Source: Phragmitibacter sp. (GTDB lineage: Bacteria > Verrucomicrobiota > Verrucomicrobiia > Verrucomicrobiales > Verrucomicrobiaceae). From it: 64,000 nucleotides of DNA. A model generated the notes under the pieces. It was not told the origin of the DNA and searched no databases. It worked only from the letters and a program-made list of their open reading frames with translations. The stretch spans positions 456,836-520,835 of the forward strand of contig OZ260079.1 of NCBI GenBank assembly GCA_965284365.1. Direction: 5' to 3'. A program made the position numbers and the translations under genes. Within the stretch, counting starts at the first letter, position 1, and every line of letters starts with the position of its first letter. This document shows, one piece after another, positions 55,501 to 64,000 of the stretch.

Positions 55501-58500
55501 GTTTCCATATATCCATTCCCGATCACACACATGCCTGAATTCGAGTTGGAAAGCGCCAAAGGAGAAAGGCTCTGACCATTGCGGCGGGCGTAGGCACGCT
55601 GACCGATGACTGCGAACTCCAGGATGCCCTCATGCGGCGCGAGATCGGGACCGAGTTCCAGCTTCGACTTTGGACGCTGAGCTTCTGTCTGGGCTTGCTT
55701 TTCCCAGTTGTCGATCTCCAGTTTCCCTGAGCCATTCAAGGTCACCCGCGCTGAATAGTCTTTCGTGTCGCGCAAGCTGATCGAGAGTAGGGATCCCTTC
55801 ACCCACCGGTAACGCAGGCGCAAGGCGCAATCGGCAAACTCCGGTTTGTTCAGCATCCCCAGGTACCATCGGGAAAGCGTGACCCAGCCATGGTTGGTGG
55901 CAGCCTGTTCCGCCACGTCCGGCTGCATTGTCACAGATTTCCACGTCAACCCACCCTCGTCTGGTTTTTTGGCACTTGCAGTCACAGGAATCTCCCACCC
56001 CAACGCCTTCAGCGGATCCGTCACGCCGTCCAGTTTCACGTACTCGGGAGCCTTGAACCGCTTCCACCAGCCGCCCATCATGCTCCATCCCATGGGCCGC
56101 ATATGCGGAGCCTTGAAGTGCCCCACCTGGCCGTTCACACGCACCCAGAAATCGTTGCCAATGCCTGCGATGCCCAATTCCGTTTCCTCACCCGCCTCGA
56201 AGGCGCGAGGGAGTTTCATCTCCAATAGAGTATTGGTCTCATCAGGCTCTCCCCATCCGGTAATGACAAACAGCCGATCTCTGCGAAGACTGCAACTGAA
56301 TGAATCTCCGGAATTCGCACTGTTTGTGTCATAACGGAAGTGGAAGCCGAATGGATCCTCGAGGCTATTATCCTCCCACAACACTCGCGTCCTGAACGCC
56401 CCATCCTTTAACATAAGATATGATCCCGGTTTTTCGGCCGTGGCCACTCGGAGGTAACCCGAGCCAGTTTCCAGCCATCCGTCCCGATCTCTGTTGATGG
56501 GTTCCGGGCGGGCAGTGTCCTCAAAAATGAGGGCTTTAGTCCACTTTAACCCAGGGACGGCCAATGCCTCGCCCTGCGGAGGGTTTGGCGGGTATTCGGC
56601 CCACTGGCGATACTCCACCTGTTCCATGAGCGCGCCCTTCGCCCCCACCAGCCCGATGCCCCCGCCGTTAGTATTGACGGGTTTGTCCTCCCGGTAGGCA
56701 AGCATTCGCTTGCCATCCAGATGTACCACCACATCCTGCCCTTCCGTGCGCAACTGAAGCGTATGGCTGGCGTTTGCATCGAAAGGCGGGCCACCACTAA
56801 ACTGCACCGCGGTGGGACTGGATGCCAGGCGTCGGAGCGTCACCCTGCCGGAGGTCCACAGCTCCGCAATAAAGCCTTCGCCCTTGGCATTCATTTGCGA
56901 GTAAACTCCCCATGAAGGAGCAGTCCCGAATCTCCCCGTGGCTCGCACCATCAGATTCTGGTCAGATGCGCGGCTGAGCGAAGGACCGGTGGTCTGTGAT
57001 AGCCTCCATGCATCGCCTTCCTGAACAAGAATGGGATTGTCAGCGGCGCGGCCTTCCGGAGACGCCCGCCATTCTGCCAAAAAGTCTTTCCACCATGCAC
57101 CTCGCACACTCCACGAGAGAGCTTTAAGCGGATCGAGCACGCCGTCCAGAACCATGAGTTTCGGATACCTGATGTTATTTACCGCGTTCTCCGGCCCGCC
57201 ATTATTCGCCGAGATGGAGCCTGCCTCACCAGCCTTGATTCCCGGCAGGATCAACGATACCCCGTTTACCCAGGCATAGGCCACATCTTTGATCACGGCA
57301 AAGTCCACACTCCATGCTTCTTCAGGCGCGGGCGGATTGACCTTCACGAAGCGGCGCATTCCCGGCAGCAACTTGCCATCCTGTAACTCGGCGAGTTCAA
57401 TAAGCCCGTTGTGGGACAGTACCAACTGCACTCCATCCTGACCCTGCTGACGAACCTTCAAGGTGAGCGATCCCTTCTTTGACCAGCGCACCGTCAGATT
57501 GATCGCACCATCTTTGAAACCAGGCAGGATGCGGTTTTCGGCCACGGTTCGGATGGATCCATCGGGCAGCTTTTCTTCTTTGGACGCGATAGGAAGCGGT
57601 TGCCAGACAGGTTGCGGGTCCTGGGCGGCTACCGATGCTTCAGCAGGGTTATCGTCACTCGCAGGTTGCGCCGCACCGCTCTGATTGCCCCTGCGCTCGA
57701 TTCCGTCTTTTAGACGAATGAGAAACGGTACTGCCAGCCCCAGAACAACAAGCACAATGCACGCAAGCGCCAGCCCTACCAACTTTCGCAACAAGGAGAT
57801 TCCTTCTCCCCGCTGCTTTTGCGGTGCCGGCCCACTTTCATCGGCGCCTCTATCGACAGGCACCTTCGCTTTTACGCCCGCATTGGCTTTTCCTTTCTTC
57901 AAGCGGATCGGCGTCGTCCGAATGACCTCGACATCTGTTTTAAGCTCGCTCGCTTGTTGGTAGCGGCGCTCTGGGTCTTCCTGAAGCGCGCGGATGATCA
58001 CCTGATCCAGGCGAATGTCCACCTGCACCTTTTGGCTGGGCGGCATCCAGCTTCCCCGGGGCGGACGCCCGGTGAGCATCTCATAGAGCATCACTCCCAA
58101 GGAGTATAAATCCGCCCGATGGTCAGGCGTGCCGTACATCTGCTCCGGGGCGATGTAGTCCGGCGTCCCCATCACAATGTCGCTGCGCGTCATTGCGCCA
58201 CTGTCTTCCTCCACGGGACGGGCCAGACCAAAGTCCGCCAGCTTGGCACGGCCATCTAATGTCAGCAGCACATTGGCGGGCTTGATGTCCCGGTGCATGA
58301 CTCCGCGACCGTGCGCGTATTGCAGCGCATCACAGACCTGCGTGACAATCTCCAGCGACTGCGCCGCATTCAAGCCCGGCCCACGAATTAGTTTATGCAA
58401 GTCCGTGCCATTCACGAACTCCATGATGAAATACAAATGACCCTCGCTGGTTTGGCCGAAGTCATGGACTGCCACGATGCCCGGATGCTGGAGCCGCGCC

Positions 58501-58817
58501 AGGGTCTTGGCTTCGCGCTTGAACCGCGCCACGAACGACTCGTCCGCGGCGACTTCGGAAGGCAGCAGTTTGACGGCCACTTCACGTTCCAGCGCCACCT
58601 GACTGCCTTTGTAAACAGCTCCCATGCCGCCTCTGCCCAGCAGACACTCAATATGATACTGAGGCAGCAGCTTCCCCAGGTCTTCTGGACTCGGTGGCTC
58701 CCAGTTCCCTGGGTCACCCGTAACAGGTCGCGACTGGAGGCCGCGGCGTAACAATTCGGCAGCATCGACTTCCGGATCTCCGCTCCCTGGAAAGGTTGGG
58801 TTATCGTCCTGGTTCAT
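52536..58817 (-). CDS. giant (2093 aa) receptor Ser/Thr protein kinase. Layout: N-terminal Hanks kinase, one TM helix, internally duplicated ectodomain modules, C-terminal leucine-rich repeats.
   Basis: Kinase 'GRGGMGAVYKG...VAVK...HRDIKPANVLL...DFGLAR...GTPDYIAPE'. Transmembrane 'LVGLALACIVLVVLGLAVPFLI'. Five ectodomain modules each end in 'DG[VA].DPLKALGW'. C-terminal 'LTSL.L....L..L..L.NL..L.L' leucine-rich-repeat pattern. Confidence 0.8.
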   Translation of the reverse strand: MNQDDNPTFPGSGDPEVDAAELLRRGLQSRPVTGDPGNWEPPSPEDLGKLLPQYHIECLLGRGGMGAVYKGSQVALEREVAVKLLPSEVAADESFVARFKREAKTLARLQHPGIVAVHDFGQTSEGHLYFIMEFVNGTDLHKLIRGPGLNAAQSLEIVTQVCDALQYAHGRGVMHRDIKPANVLLTLDGRAKLADFGLARPVEEDSGAMTRSDIVMGTPDYIAPEQMYGTPDHRADLYSLGVMLYEMLTGRPPRGSWMPPSQKVQVDIRLDQVIIRALQEDPERRYQQASELKTDVEVIRTTPIRLKKGKANAGVKAKVPVDRGADESGPAPQKQRGEGISLLRKLVGLALACIVLVVLGLAVPFLIRLKDGIERRGNQSGAAQPASDDNPAEASVAAQDPQPVWQPLPIASKEEKLPDGSIRTVAENRILPGFKDGAINLTVRWSKKGSLTLKVRQQGQDGVQLVLSHNGLIELAELQDGKLLPGMRRFVKVNPPAPEEAWSVDFAVIKDVAYAWVNGVSLILPGIKAGEAGSISANNGGPENAVNNIRYPKLMVLDGVLDPLKALSWSVRGAWWKDFLAEWRASPEGRAADNPILVQEGDAWRLSQTTGPSLSRASDQNLMVRATGRFGTAPSWGVYSQMNAKGEGFIAELWTSGRVTLRRLASSPTAVQFSGGPPFDANASHTLQLRTEGQDVVVHLDGKRMLAYREDKPVNTNGGGIGLVGAKGALMEQVEYRQWAEYPPNPPQGEALAVPGLKWTKALIFEDTARPEPINRDRDGWLETGSGYLRVATAEKPGSYLMLKDGAFRTRVLWEDNSLEDPFGFHFRYDTNSANSGDSFSCSLRRDRLFVITGWGEPDETNTLLEMKLPRAFEAGEETELGIAGIGNDFWVRVNGQVGHFKAPHMRPMGWSMMGGWWKRFKAPEYVKLDGVTDPLKALGWEIPVTASAKKPDEGGLTWKSVTMQPDVAEQAATNHGWVTLSRWYLGMLNKPEFADCALRLRYRWVKGSLLSISLRDTKDYSARVTLNGSGKLEIDNWEKQAQTEAQRPKSKLELGPDLAPHEGILEFAVIGQRAYARRNGQSLSPLALSNSNSGMCVIGNGYMETPASVRDVEYVSLVGVADPLKALGWEEGTTSRGDGNATAPARVALPAQLLWQPLSIGSKRVKPEDGFAHPVPEKHVLKGFRDGAISLAPVWGEKGALTLSVREQGQSQVRLALSGSGRVELAELKDGKVLPGKRRVTQMPRLKSGDGSVVSFAVIKDVAYAWINGVSLSLPGLTATEPGSITVDNGGTEGPVFIRYPKMTVLEGEADPLQALVGGAAGEWWRDILAEWRTSPEGLTSKALPVAQEGDAWRITQGDGLSLSISHKQNLIVRATGQFGNASSWGVCSHMNEKGEGYIAELWGSGMVTLRRQAPSPTTLEKANGDKSFDPGASHTLQLRTEGRDVLVYLDGVRKIGFQDNQAAPRTGGRLGLLGGKGALIEQAEYRHWADSPPGTRQGEALTIPGLAWQKAYIKSDLDRPEPIIRDGKGWLETGADTPWLNTAERPGEFLRMKDGAFRVRLLWGGKEMEEPFLIAARQDTLQSNPGAGVVCFCWKDKLVALNDWAQPNEKNTLYEMKFARAFEPGEETEFAILGVGDEFWVRVNGQVGHFKAPMVRRTGWNTLGFTWKQFKDFEYVKLDGVADPLKALGWGYPQPASTKTARDTAEWILSLGGIVTVRDRAREIEIREKAQLPSGPVVLTRINYLDMTNFKKIKAADFSLLSLASALSTLRIVFLPDEITSLEALAGLTQLETIELGGGGSILDDELRHLTQLQKLTSLTVRLKGEAGAGCAHLSGLKSLNSLSLRGCKVNEQGALALMRLDNLVTLQLDRGLDDTNQGLLRHIADMKNLKSLALTAGVVSKEGFMQLAALNRLEKLELTNSKIDNTGFGYLKALGNSLRELQMQYGATVSDEGVRDIVANFPNLELISISLGATCTAASIKELAKLPKLKSVFWWRKGLSQDDFRYFADLPALTELAISETGIRDESLTPFLRSKTLKSLNLYGNAITDNGLNLLQKMTSLKSLQMQKTQVTDAGVAAFKAARPDVSIVW

Positions 58818-58950
58818 GGCTCAGCGGAACGGGTAAGGCGGCAGCACCGCCAGCTTGTTACAAAGAAAAGGGGTGATTGACAGAAAAACTTCCAGCAGGA
58901 GCTGGTGAAAATTAATTCGGCAGTATTAAGCATTCACGGCCTGTGGCCGG

Positions 58951-59679
58951 CTAAACACATCCAATGAGTTCGGCGAGTTCAGCCTTGATGTTGTCCGAGG
59001 TGGGATCATCCAAGGTGCATGCCACTTGTTGGAGGAGCAGTTCCCGCCAATTCTCCCGCAGCCGGTGAATGTGAGACTTTAGCGTATTCACCTTCACGTT
59101 CATCCGCGCCGCTACGGTCTCGTACGCCTCTTCACGGCTCTGGCTGAAACCAAGGAAAGGCCGCAGTTCCTGGAACTGCTCTTGCTTGCCTTCTGCGGAC
59201 ATCTGCTGCTCCAACAAGGTCATGGTTTGATCGACTATGGTCAGAGCCCAGCGACGCTGATACAGCCTGTCTGGCGTCAGATGGTCTACGGGTTCCTTTG
59301 CGTAGCGATCTTCCGCCCAATCGCCATCCAGGGAAGTCAATACCTTTGCCCCACGCTTGATGGCCATGGCGCGTGCGTGCTCATTGGCCAAATGGTGACG
59401 CACACATGTCAGGAGAAAGGAACGCAGATTTCCTTTCTCACGATCCGCAACAGCCAGCGTCTCACGCCGTAGCAACTGCGCGAAGAATCCCTGCGTCAGA
59501 TCCTCAGCATCGTGAGGGCCTCGGCCCGTGCGGCGGATATAGGCGTAGATCGGATACCAATAGTTCCCGCACAGCATAGTGAGCGCCGACATCGCCTCCA
59601 CATCTCCCCCATCGACGGCCTTTCTGACGATACTCCAGCGTGTCGTCTGAAAAGAATGCGGTCCCTGCTGGTGTGACAT
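58951..59679 (-). CDS. ECF-subfamily RNA polymerase sigma-70 factor (PVC type with N-terminal TTRWS motif)
   Basis: 'FQTTRWSIVRKA'. Sigma-2 region 'AEDLTQGFFAQLL'. Sigma-4-like C-terminus. Lies immediately upstream of, and co-directional with, the Ser/Thr kinase. Confidence 0.7.
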   Translation of the reverse strand: MSHQQGPHSFQTTRWSIVRKAVDGGDVEAMSALTMLCGNYWYPIYAYIRRTGRGPHDAEDLTQGFFAQLLRRETLAVADREKGNLRSFLLTCVRHHLANEHARAMAIKRGAKVLTSLDGDWAEDRYAKEPVDHLTPDRLYQRRWALTIVDQTMTLLEQQMSAEGKQEQFQELRPFLGFSQSREEAYETVAARMNVKVNTLKSHIHRLRENWRELLLQQVACTLDDPTSDNIKAELAELIGCV

Positions 59680-59878
59680 GATGGGTTAGAATGGGTGTCT
59701 GCCAGGAAATTACGGAATGCCGGAGAGGAGTTGCAAAAAAGTCTAAACTTTCGCTACAGCACCTCAATCCGTCTTTTAAGGCGATCGCTGAGAAGCACCG
59801 GACCTCGACTCCAGGATCGTGAAAGATCATCAGATTCAATGAGTAATCCAAACGGTTCAGAGACACGCGATCCTCCGT

Positions 59879-62062
59879 TTGACGACCTATGCCCGGATGT
59901 CCGGGGCGTTGGCCGCTGGGCGCAGCATTGCCCGAAGCCCATCACGTCACGCCATGTCATCTTCATCGCACGATCAGCTCTCTTCCCGCCGGGAACTTCT
60001 CCAACTCACGGGACTAACTGCCGCGGGATTGGCGCTGGGTGATCCATGGCTTCTGACCGCGGCCGCTGCGGAGACGAAAATTGCAGCAGCCCCTTCGCTG
60101 CCGACTTTCAATCGCTTCCCCCGCATGGCGCAGGAGTATTTCGTCAGACGACTGCGCGACATAGAAGCCGGTGCGGAGAAACGGAGAAACGCACTCTCCA
60201 CAAAAGCTGATGCGGAGAACTACATCCGTGAAGTGCGACAGAAGATCCAAGAATGCTTTGGTCCCTGGCCTGAGAAGACGCCGTTGAATGCGCGCATCAC
60301 CGGAGTCGTCGAGAGAGACCCTTACACGATTGAGAAGGTGATCTTTGAGAGCCGCCCCAATTTTCTGGTGACGGCCAATCTCTACCTGCCGAAGAACCGA
60401 CCAGCGCCAGCGCCCGGTGTGGTGGGCTCTTGCGGGCACTCTGCGAATGGCAAGGCCGCTGAGGCGTATCAGTCCTTTGCCCAAGGTTTGGCGCGGCAGG
60501 GTTATGTGTGCCTCATCTTTGATCCCATCGGGCAGGGTGAGCGGCTCCAGTATGTGAGCGACGATCTCAAGCCACGCCACGGCACGGGTGTGAGCGAGCA
60601 TCTGTATGGGGGCAATCAGCAGTTCCTCGTGGGTGAATTCTTCGGAGCCTGGCGTGCATGGGATGGCATACGCGCGCTCGACTACCTGCTTACGCGGCCT
60701 GAGGTGGATCCTAAGCATGTCGGCATTACCGGAAACTCCGGGGGTGGCACGATGACGACGTGGCTGTGCGGTGTGGAAACACGATGGACCATGGCTGCGG
60801 CGAGTTGTTTTGTGACCACGTTCCTCCGCAATCTGGAGAACGAACTTCCTGCAGACACGGAACAATGCCCGCCGCGTGCTCTGGCACTCGGGCTCGATCA
60901 CTCCGATTTCATCGCTGCGATGGCGCCAAAGCCAGTCGTGCTGTTGGGCCAGGAGAAGGACTTCTTCGATGTTCGTGGACTTGAGCAAGCGCACGCTCGT
61001 CTCAGCAAACTGTATGCGCTACTGGGAGCTGAAAAGAACATCGGCCTCTTCGTTGGGCCTACTTATCATGGCTACTCACCGGAGAATCGTGAGGCCATGT
61101 ATCGCTGGTTCAACAGTGTGACCAAGGTCTCGGACGCGAAGGCCGAACCTGCACTGGTCATTGAGAAGGATGAAACTCTCTGGTGCACACCACACGGACA
61201 GATTGGCGAATTGAAATCGCGTCCGCTCTTTTCCTTCACAAAGGAGCGGTCCCAAGCTCTTCAACGGCAGCGCGGCGAGATCGGTGCAGAGGCACTGAAG
61301 CAACGCCTCACCGATATTTTGCGGTTGCCGAAACGTGAGGGCCAGAGTCCGAGTGCCGTCAGCTATCGCATTCTACGAGGCTCAGGGAAACGGCAGTATC
61401 CCAAGAAGTTCTCAGCCACTTATGCCGTAGAGACGGAGGAAGACATCTTCGCCCTGGTTGTCCGGCTTGATGATGCGGAGTTGATCTCCCGTCCACCACG
61501 CGGCGCCAAACGCGCCATCCTTTATATCTCCCACCAATCGGCCGATGCCGAACTGCGGGAGGAACCGCTGATTACGGAACTCATCAAGTCCGAACCGGAG
61601 TCAGCCTTCTTCGCGTGTGACGTACGCGGTATTGGCGAGTCTCAGCCAGATACCTGCGGCCAAAAGTCATTCTTGAGCCCATATGGTTCTGACTACTTCT
61701 ACGCCATCCACTCGATCATGCTGGATCATCCGTATGCCGGACAGAAAACGCATGATGTGCTGCGAGTGCTGGACTGGCTACGGGCGCAAGGTCACGAGGA
61801 AATCCATCTTATTGGAAAAGGCTGGGGAGCAATCCCAGCCACCTTTGCTGCCCTGCTGTCCGACGACGTGAAGCAGGTCACCCTCAAGAACGCCCTGACA
61901 AGCTACAGCGAGATCGCTGAGTCTGAAGACTATCAATGGCCGCTTTCATCTTTTGTTCCAGGGGTGCTGGCGCAATTTGATTTGCCCGACTGCTACCGGG
62001 CTCTTGCGGCCAAACAGCTTCGTCAGATTGAACCTTGGGGCGCTCTCGCCGCGAATGCCTGA
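59879..62062 (+). CDS. Tat-secreted protein with two alpha/beta-hydrolase-like domains (acetyl-xylan-esterase / dienelactone-hydrolase-like)
   Basis: Tat motif 'SRRELLQLTGLTAAGLAL'. Domain 1 carries the nucleophile 'GITGNSGGGTMT'. The second alpha/beta-like region carries 'HLIGKGWGAIPA'. The start codon is uncertain, between 59879 and 59954. Confidence 0.6.
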   Translation: MTTYARMSGALAAGRSIARSPSRHAMSSSSHDQLSSRRELLQLTGLTAAGLALGDPWLLTAAAAETKIAAAPSLPTFNRFPRMAQEYFVRRLRDIEAGAEKRRNALSTKADAENYIREVRQKIQECFGPWPEKTPLNARITGVVERDPYTIEKVIFESRPNFLVTANLYLPKNRPAPAPGVVGSCGHSANGKAAEAYQSFAQGLARQGYVCLIFDPIGQGERLQYVSDDLKPRHGTGVSEHLYGGNQQFLVGEFFGAWRAWDGIRALDYLLTRPEVDPKHVGITGNSGGGTMTTWLCGVETRWTMAAASCFVTTFLRNLENELPADTEQCPPRALALGLDHSDFIAAMAPKPVVLLGQEKDFFDVRGLEQAHARLSKLYALLGAEKNIGLFVGPTYHGYSPENREAMYRWFNSVTKVSDAKAEPALVIEKDETLWCTPHGQIGELKSRPLFSFTKERSQALQRQRGEIGAEALKQRLTDILRLPKREGQSPSAVSYRILRGSGKRQYPKKFSATYAVETEEDIFALVVRLDDAELISRPPRGAKRAILYISHQSADAELREEPLITELIKSEPESAFFACDVRGIGESQPDTCGQKSFLSPYGSDYFYAIHSIMLDHPYAGQKTHDVLRVLDWLRAQGHEEIHLIGKGWGAIPATFAALLSDDVKQVTLKNALTSYSEIAESEDYQWPLSSFVPGVLAQFDLPDCYRALAAKQLRQIEPWGALAANA

Positions 62063-63029
62063 TGTCATGCGACTACTCTTTTTGTTTGTGATCGCATTTG
62101 CGCTCGAGGCCTCCGCCGAGACTCGATATGAATTGGTGCGGGGGTGGCCCGTTCTCCCGGCAGAGCATTCACTTGGACTGTGTGCCAGAGTCGGCGTGGA
62201 CTCGCACAACCACGTTTTTGTCTACCACCGGAACGCTCGTGTTTGGAGCAAGCCATTCCCCGATGAACCGATCGCCGAACCGACGGTGAGCATCATCGAT
62301 GGTCAGACGGGGAAACTGCTTTCGTCATGGGGAGGGGGCGAATTCATTATGCCTCATGGACTCACGATTGATCACGAAGACCATGTCTGGCTCACTGATG
62401 TGGGACGGCATCAGGTCTTTAAATACACGAAGGATGGACGTCTTCTCATGACCTTGGGTGAGCGGGGCAAGCCGGGAGATGATCACACCCATTTCAATTT
62501 ACCGACGGATGTTGCTGTTTTACCAGACGGCTCGTTTTACGTGAGCGACGGTTACCGCAACACCCGGGTAGTGAAATTCACCGCCGCCGGGCAATACGAG
62601 TTTGAGTGGGGAGGCAAAGGCAGTGAGCCCGGGAAGCTTCACCTGCCTCACGGCATCGCGGTGGATAAGGGACGATGCGTGTACGTGTGTGACCGCAGCA
62701 ATGCGCGTCTTCAGGTATTTGATTCTCGCGGCGCCTTCATTGCTCAATGGGCCGGCCCGGAGATTGGTCGCCCGTATGGCGTGAGTGCTGCCAGCGATGG
62801 CCATATTTTTCTGATCGATGGCGGGGATGCGTCCGCGACCCGTCCCATGCCCTCAAAGGCGGTGGAGTTGGATGCCAATGGGCAAGTGTTAAGCACCTTC
62901 GGCTTTGCTGGAGAAGCAGCTACACGACTCAAACTCGGCCACGATGTCTGCGTGGGTTCCGATGGTTCCGTTTATGTCGCCGACGCGAAGGGCCGGCGTG
63001 TGCAGAAATTTATCAGGAAAATTCAATGA
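62055..63029 (+). CDS. NHL-repeat six-bladed beta-propeller protein, secreted
   Basis: Start at the internal ATG 62055 or 62067, giving signal 'MRLLFLFVIAFALEASA'. NHL-like blades 'MPHGLTIDHEDHVWLTDVGRHQVFKY', 'LPTDVAVLPDGSFYVSDGYRNTRVVKF', 'LPHGIAVDKGRCVYVCDRSNARLQVF'. Confidence 0.6.
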   Translation: MPDVMRLLFLFVIAFALEASAETRYELVRGWPVLPAEHSLGLCARVGVDSHNHVFVYHRNARVWSKPFPDEPIAEPTVSIIDGQTGKLLSSWGGGEFIMPHGLTIDHEDHVWLTDVGRHQVFKYTKDGRLLMTLGERGKPGDDHTHFNLPTDVAVLPDGSFYVSDGYRNTRVVKFTAAGQYEFEWGGKGSEPGKLHLPHGIAVDKGRCVYVCDRSNARLQVFDSRGAFIAQWAGPEIGRPYGVSAASDGHIFLIDGGDASATRPMPSKAVELDANGQVLSTFGFAGEAATRLKLGHDVCVGSDGSVYVADAKGRRVQKFIRKIQ

Positions 63030-64000
63030 AGAAACTAGCGACAATCACTCTCACCATTTCTCTAATCCTGAGCACGTCGTTAGCACACGCAGAGCTCCGC
63101 GCTGGGGCGGCGACAAGCAACATCACTCCAGAGTTGGGAGCGGAAATCATTGGAGGATTTGTCCCCTTTCCCGCCACGGGAGTTCATGACGAACTGCACG
63201 CACGCTGCCTGGTCCTGGATGACGGCAAGACAAAGCTCGCACTGGTGGTCTGCGATCTTCTTGGCTTGCACCGGAGCGTGAGCATTGAAGCGCGGCGGCT
63301 CATTGAAGAAGCCACCGGCATCAAGCCTTCGCACGTGGCTATCTCCGGCACGCATACCCACTCTGCGGCGAGCGCTTTGGGTGAGCGGGGTTACAAGTCC
63401 GAGCAGCCGCTCAATGACTATCAGCGTTTCGTCGCCAAGCGGATTGCGGATGGTGTGCGTCGTGCCGTGAACAACCTCCGTCCGGCGCAGGTTGCCTTCG
63501 GCACTGCGGAAGCTCCAGAGCATGTCTTCAATCGCCGGTGGTTAATGCGCGAAGGTACCGCGCCGCCCAATCCCTTTGGCAAAGTGGACAAGGTGAAGAT
63601 GAATCCGCCAAGTGGAAGCCCCAATCTCGTTGAGCCCGCAGGCACTACTGATCCTACCGTTTCCTTCATCGCCTTGCGTGAACCCAGTGGTCGCCTGATT
63701 TCGGTCTATAGCGCCTACTCGCTGCATTATGTGGGTGGCGTCGGTAACGGCGAGATCTCTGCGGATTATTATGGGATGTTCTGCGCCGCACTGTCAAAGC
63801 TGCAGAACGCAACGGAACAGGAGCCACCCTTTGTAGCGATGATGGCCAACGGCACCAGCGGGGACATTAACAACATCAACTTCCGTACACCGCGCGCTTC
63901 ATCTCCCCCCTACTCGCAGATGCGCAAAGTCGCCGAGGATGTAGCGAGCAAGGTAAGTACGGCACTCGCAAAGGTGGAGTGGAAGGATGAAGCGGAATTA
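63026..64000 (+). CDS. neutral/alkaline ceramidase-like hydrolase. It is 3'-partial and continues past the window end.
   Basis: ATG 63026 overlaps the previous stop as ATGA. Has a signal peptide. 'GAATSNITPELGAEIIGGF...GVHDELHARCLVLDDG...HVAISGTHTHSA...YSLHYVGG' are neutral-ceramidase N-terminal hallmarks. The frame is open to nt 64000. Absent from the ORF track because it is incomplete. Confidence 0.55.
   Translation, partial: MKKLATITLTISLILSTSLAHAELRAGAATSNITPELGAEIIGGFVPFPATGVHDELHARCLVLDDGKTKLALVVCDLLGLHRSVSIEARRLIEEATGIKPSHVAISGTHTHSAASALGERGYKSEQPLNDYQRFVAKRIADGVRRAVNNLRPAQVAFGTAEAPEHVFNRRWLMREGTAPPNPFGKVDKVKMNPPSGSPNLVEPAGTTDPTVSFIALREPSGRLISVYSAYSLHYVGGVGNGEISADYYGMFCAALSKLQNATEQEPPFVAMMANGTSGDINNINFRTPRASSPPYSQMRKVAEDVASKVSTALAKVEWKDEAEL

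Noticed and set aside
60014-60994. 326-aa minus-strand ORF overlapping the Tat-secreted hydrolase
   Set aside because: Antisense to a CDS with Tat signal and nucleophile elbow. Arg/His-rich translation.
1-64000. Search for tRNA, rRNA, CRISPR arrays and IS/transposase genes
   Set aside because: No cloverleaf-compatible segment with a GTTC-type T-arm in any gap. No direct-repeat/spacer periodicity. No transposase or integrase-like ORF. The only dispersed repeat is the two-copy ~85-nt element reported above.

Overview
This is a high-GC (~60%), gene-dense bacterial chromosomal segment with 46 protein-coding genes called here (both window edges fall inside genes). The content points to the PVC superphylum, most likely a verrucomicrobium or planctomycete; that placement is inference. 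Supporting content: a large PVC-type dehydrogenase-like protein with HEAT repeats, an ECF sigma factor with an N-terminal TTRWS motif paired with a giant Ser/Thr kinase, many secreted beta-propeller and alpha/beta-hydrolase proteins, and weak Shine-Dalgarno sites. I found no rRNA, tRNA, CRISPR array or obvious mobile element.

Genes, left to right:
- a 5'-truncated Pro-rich protein with about 12 tandem 'AFSVWTE' repeats and a helix-hairpin-helix-like C-terminus
- sugar-phosphate nucleotidyltransferase, secreted esterase, SMP-30/gluconolactonase-like propeller
- a NarL/LuxR-type two-component pair (histidine kinase plus response regulator)
- lipoprotein alpha/beta hydrolase
- an overlapping MpaA-like peptidase and Mpl murein-tripeptide ligase pair
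- YceI-like protein and a polytopic membrane protein
- a 1342-aa dehydrogenase/HEAT/cupredoxin protein
- RimO
- a fatty-acid-synthase-like cassette: ketosynthase, a Cys-less ketosynthase partner, an SDR reductase and an acyl carrier protein (ACP), with a divergent AMP-dependent ligase
- ribokinase and FkbM methyltransferase
- a 1697-aa orphan AAA+ ATPase
- ParE/antitoxin pair, flotillin with NfeD
- PBP1A, and a PBP2 with a ~300-aa Pro-rich tail
- a PRC-barrel protein with a long disordered tail
- a 7TM protein with a C-terminal Cys/His module
- DUF1992 protein and EF-P
- alpha/beta hydrolase and a PQQ-repeat propeller
- L,D-transpeptidase-like protein
- a 59-aa CPxCG protein that the ORF track missed
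- a three-domain fusion: trypsin-like protease, DUF1080-like domain and transglutaminase-like/TPR domain
- YqhA, a Gly/Tyr-rich secreted protein and an EF-hand lipoprotein
- a 2093-aa receptor Ser/Thr kinase with duplicated ectodomain modules and leucine-rich repeats, preceded by its ECF sigma factor
- Tat-signal dual alpha/beta hydrolase, NHL-repeat propeller
- a 3'-truncated neutral-ceramidase-like gene

The most notable items are the giant orphan AAA+ ATPase inside a 17.5-kb co-directional gene string, the type II PKS/FAS-like lipid cassette, a two-copy ~85-nt structured intergenic repeat, the tandem-repeat protein, and several unusual domain fusions.
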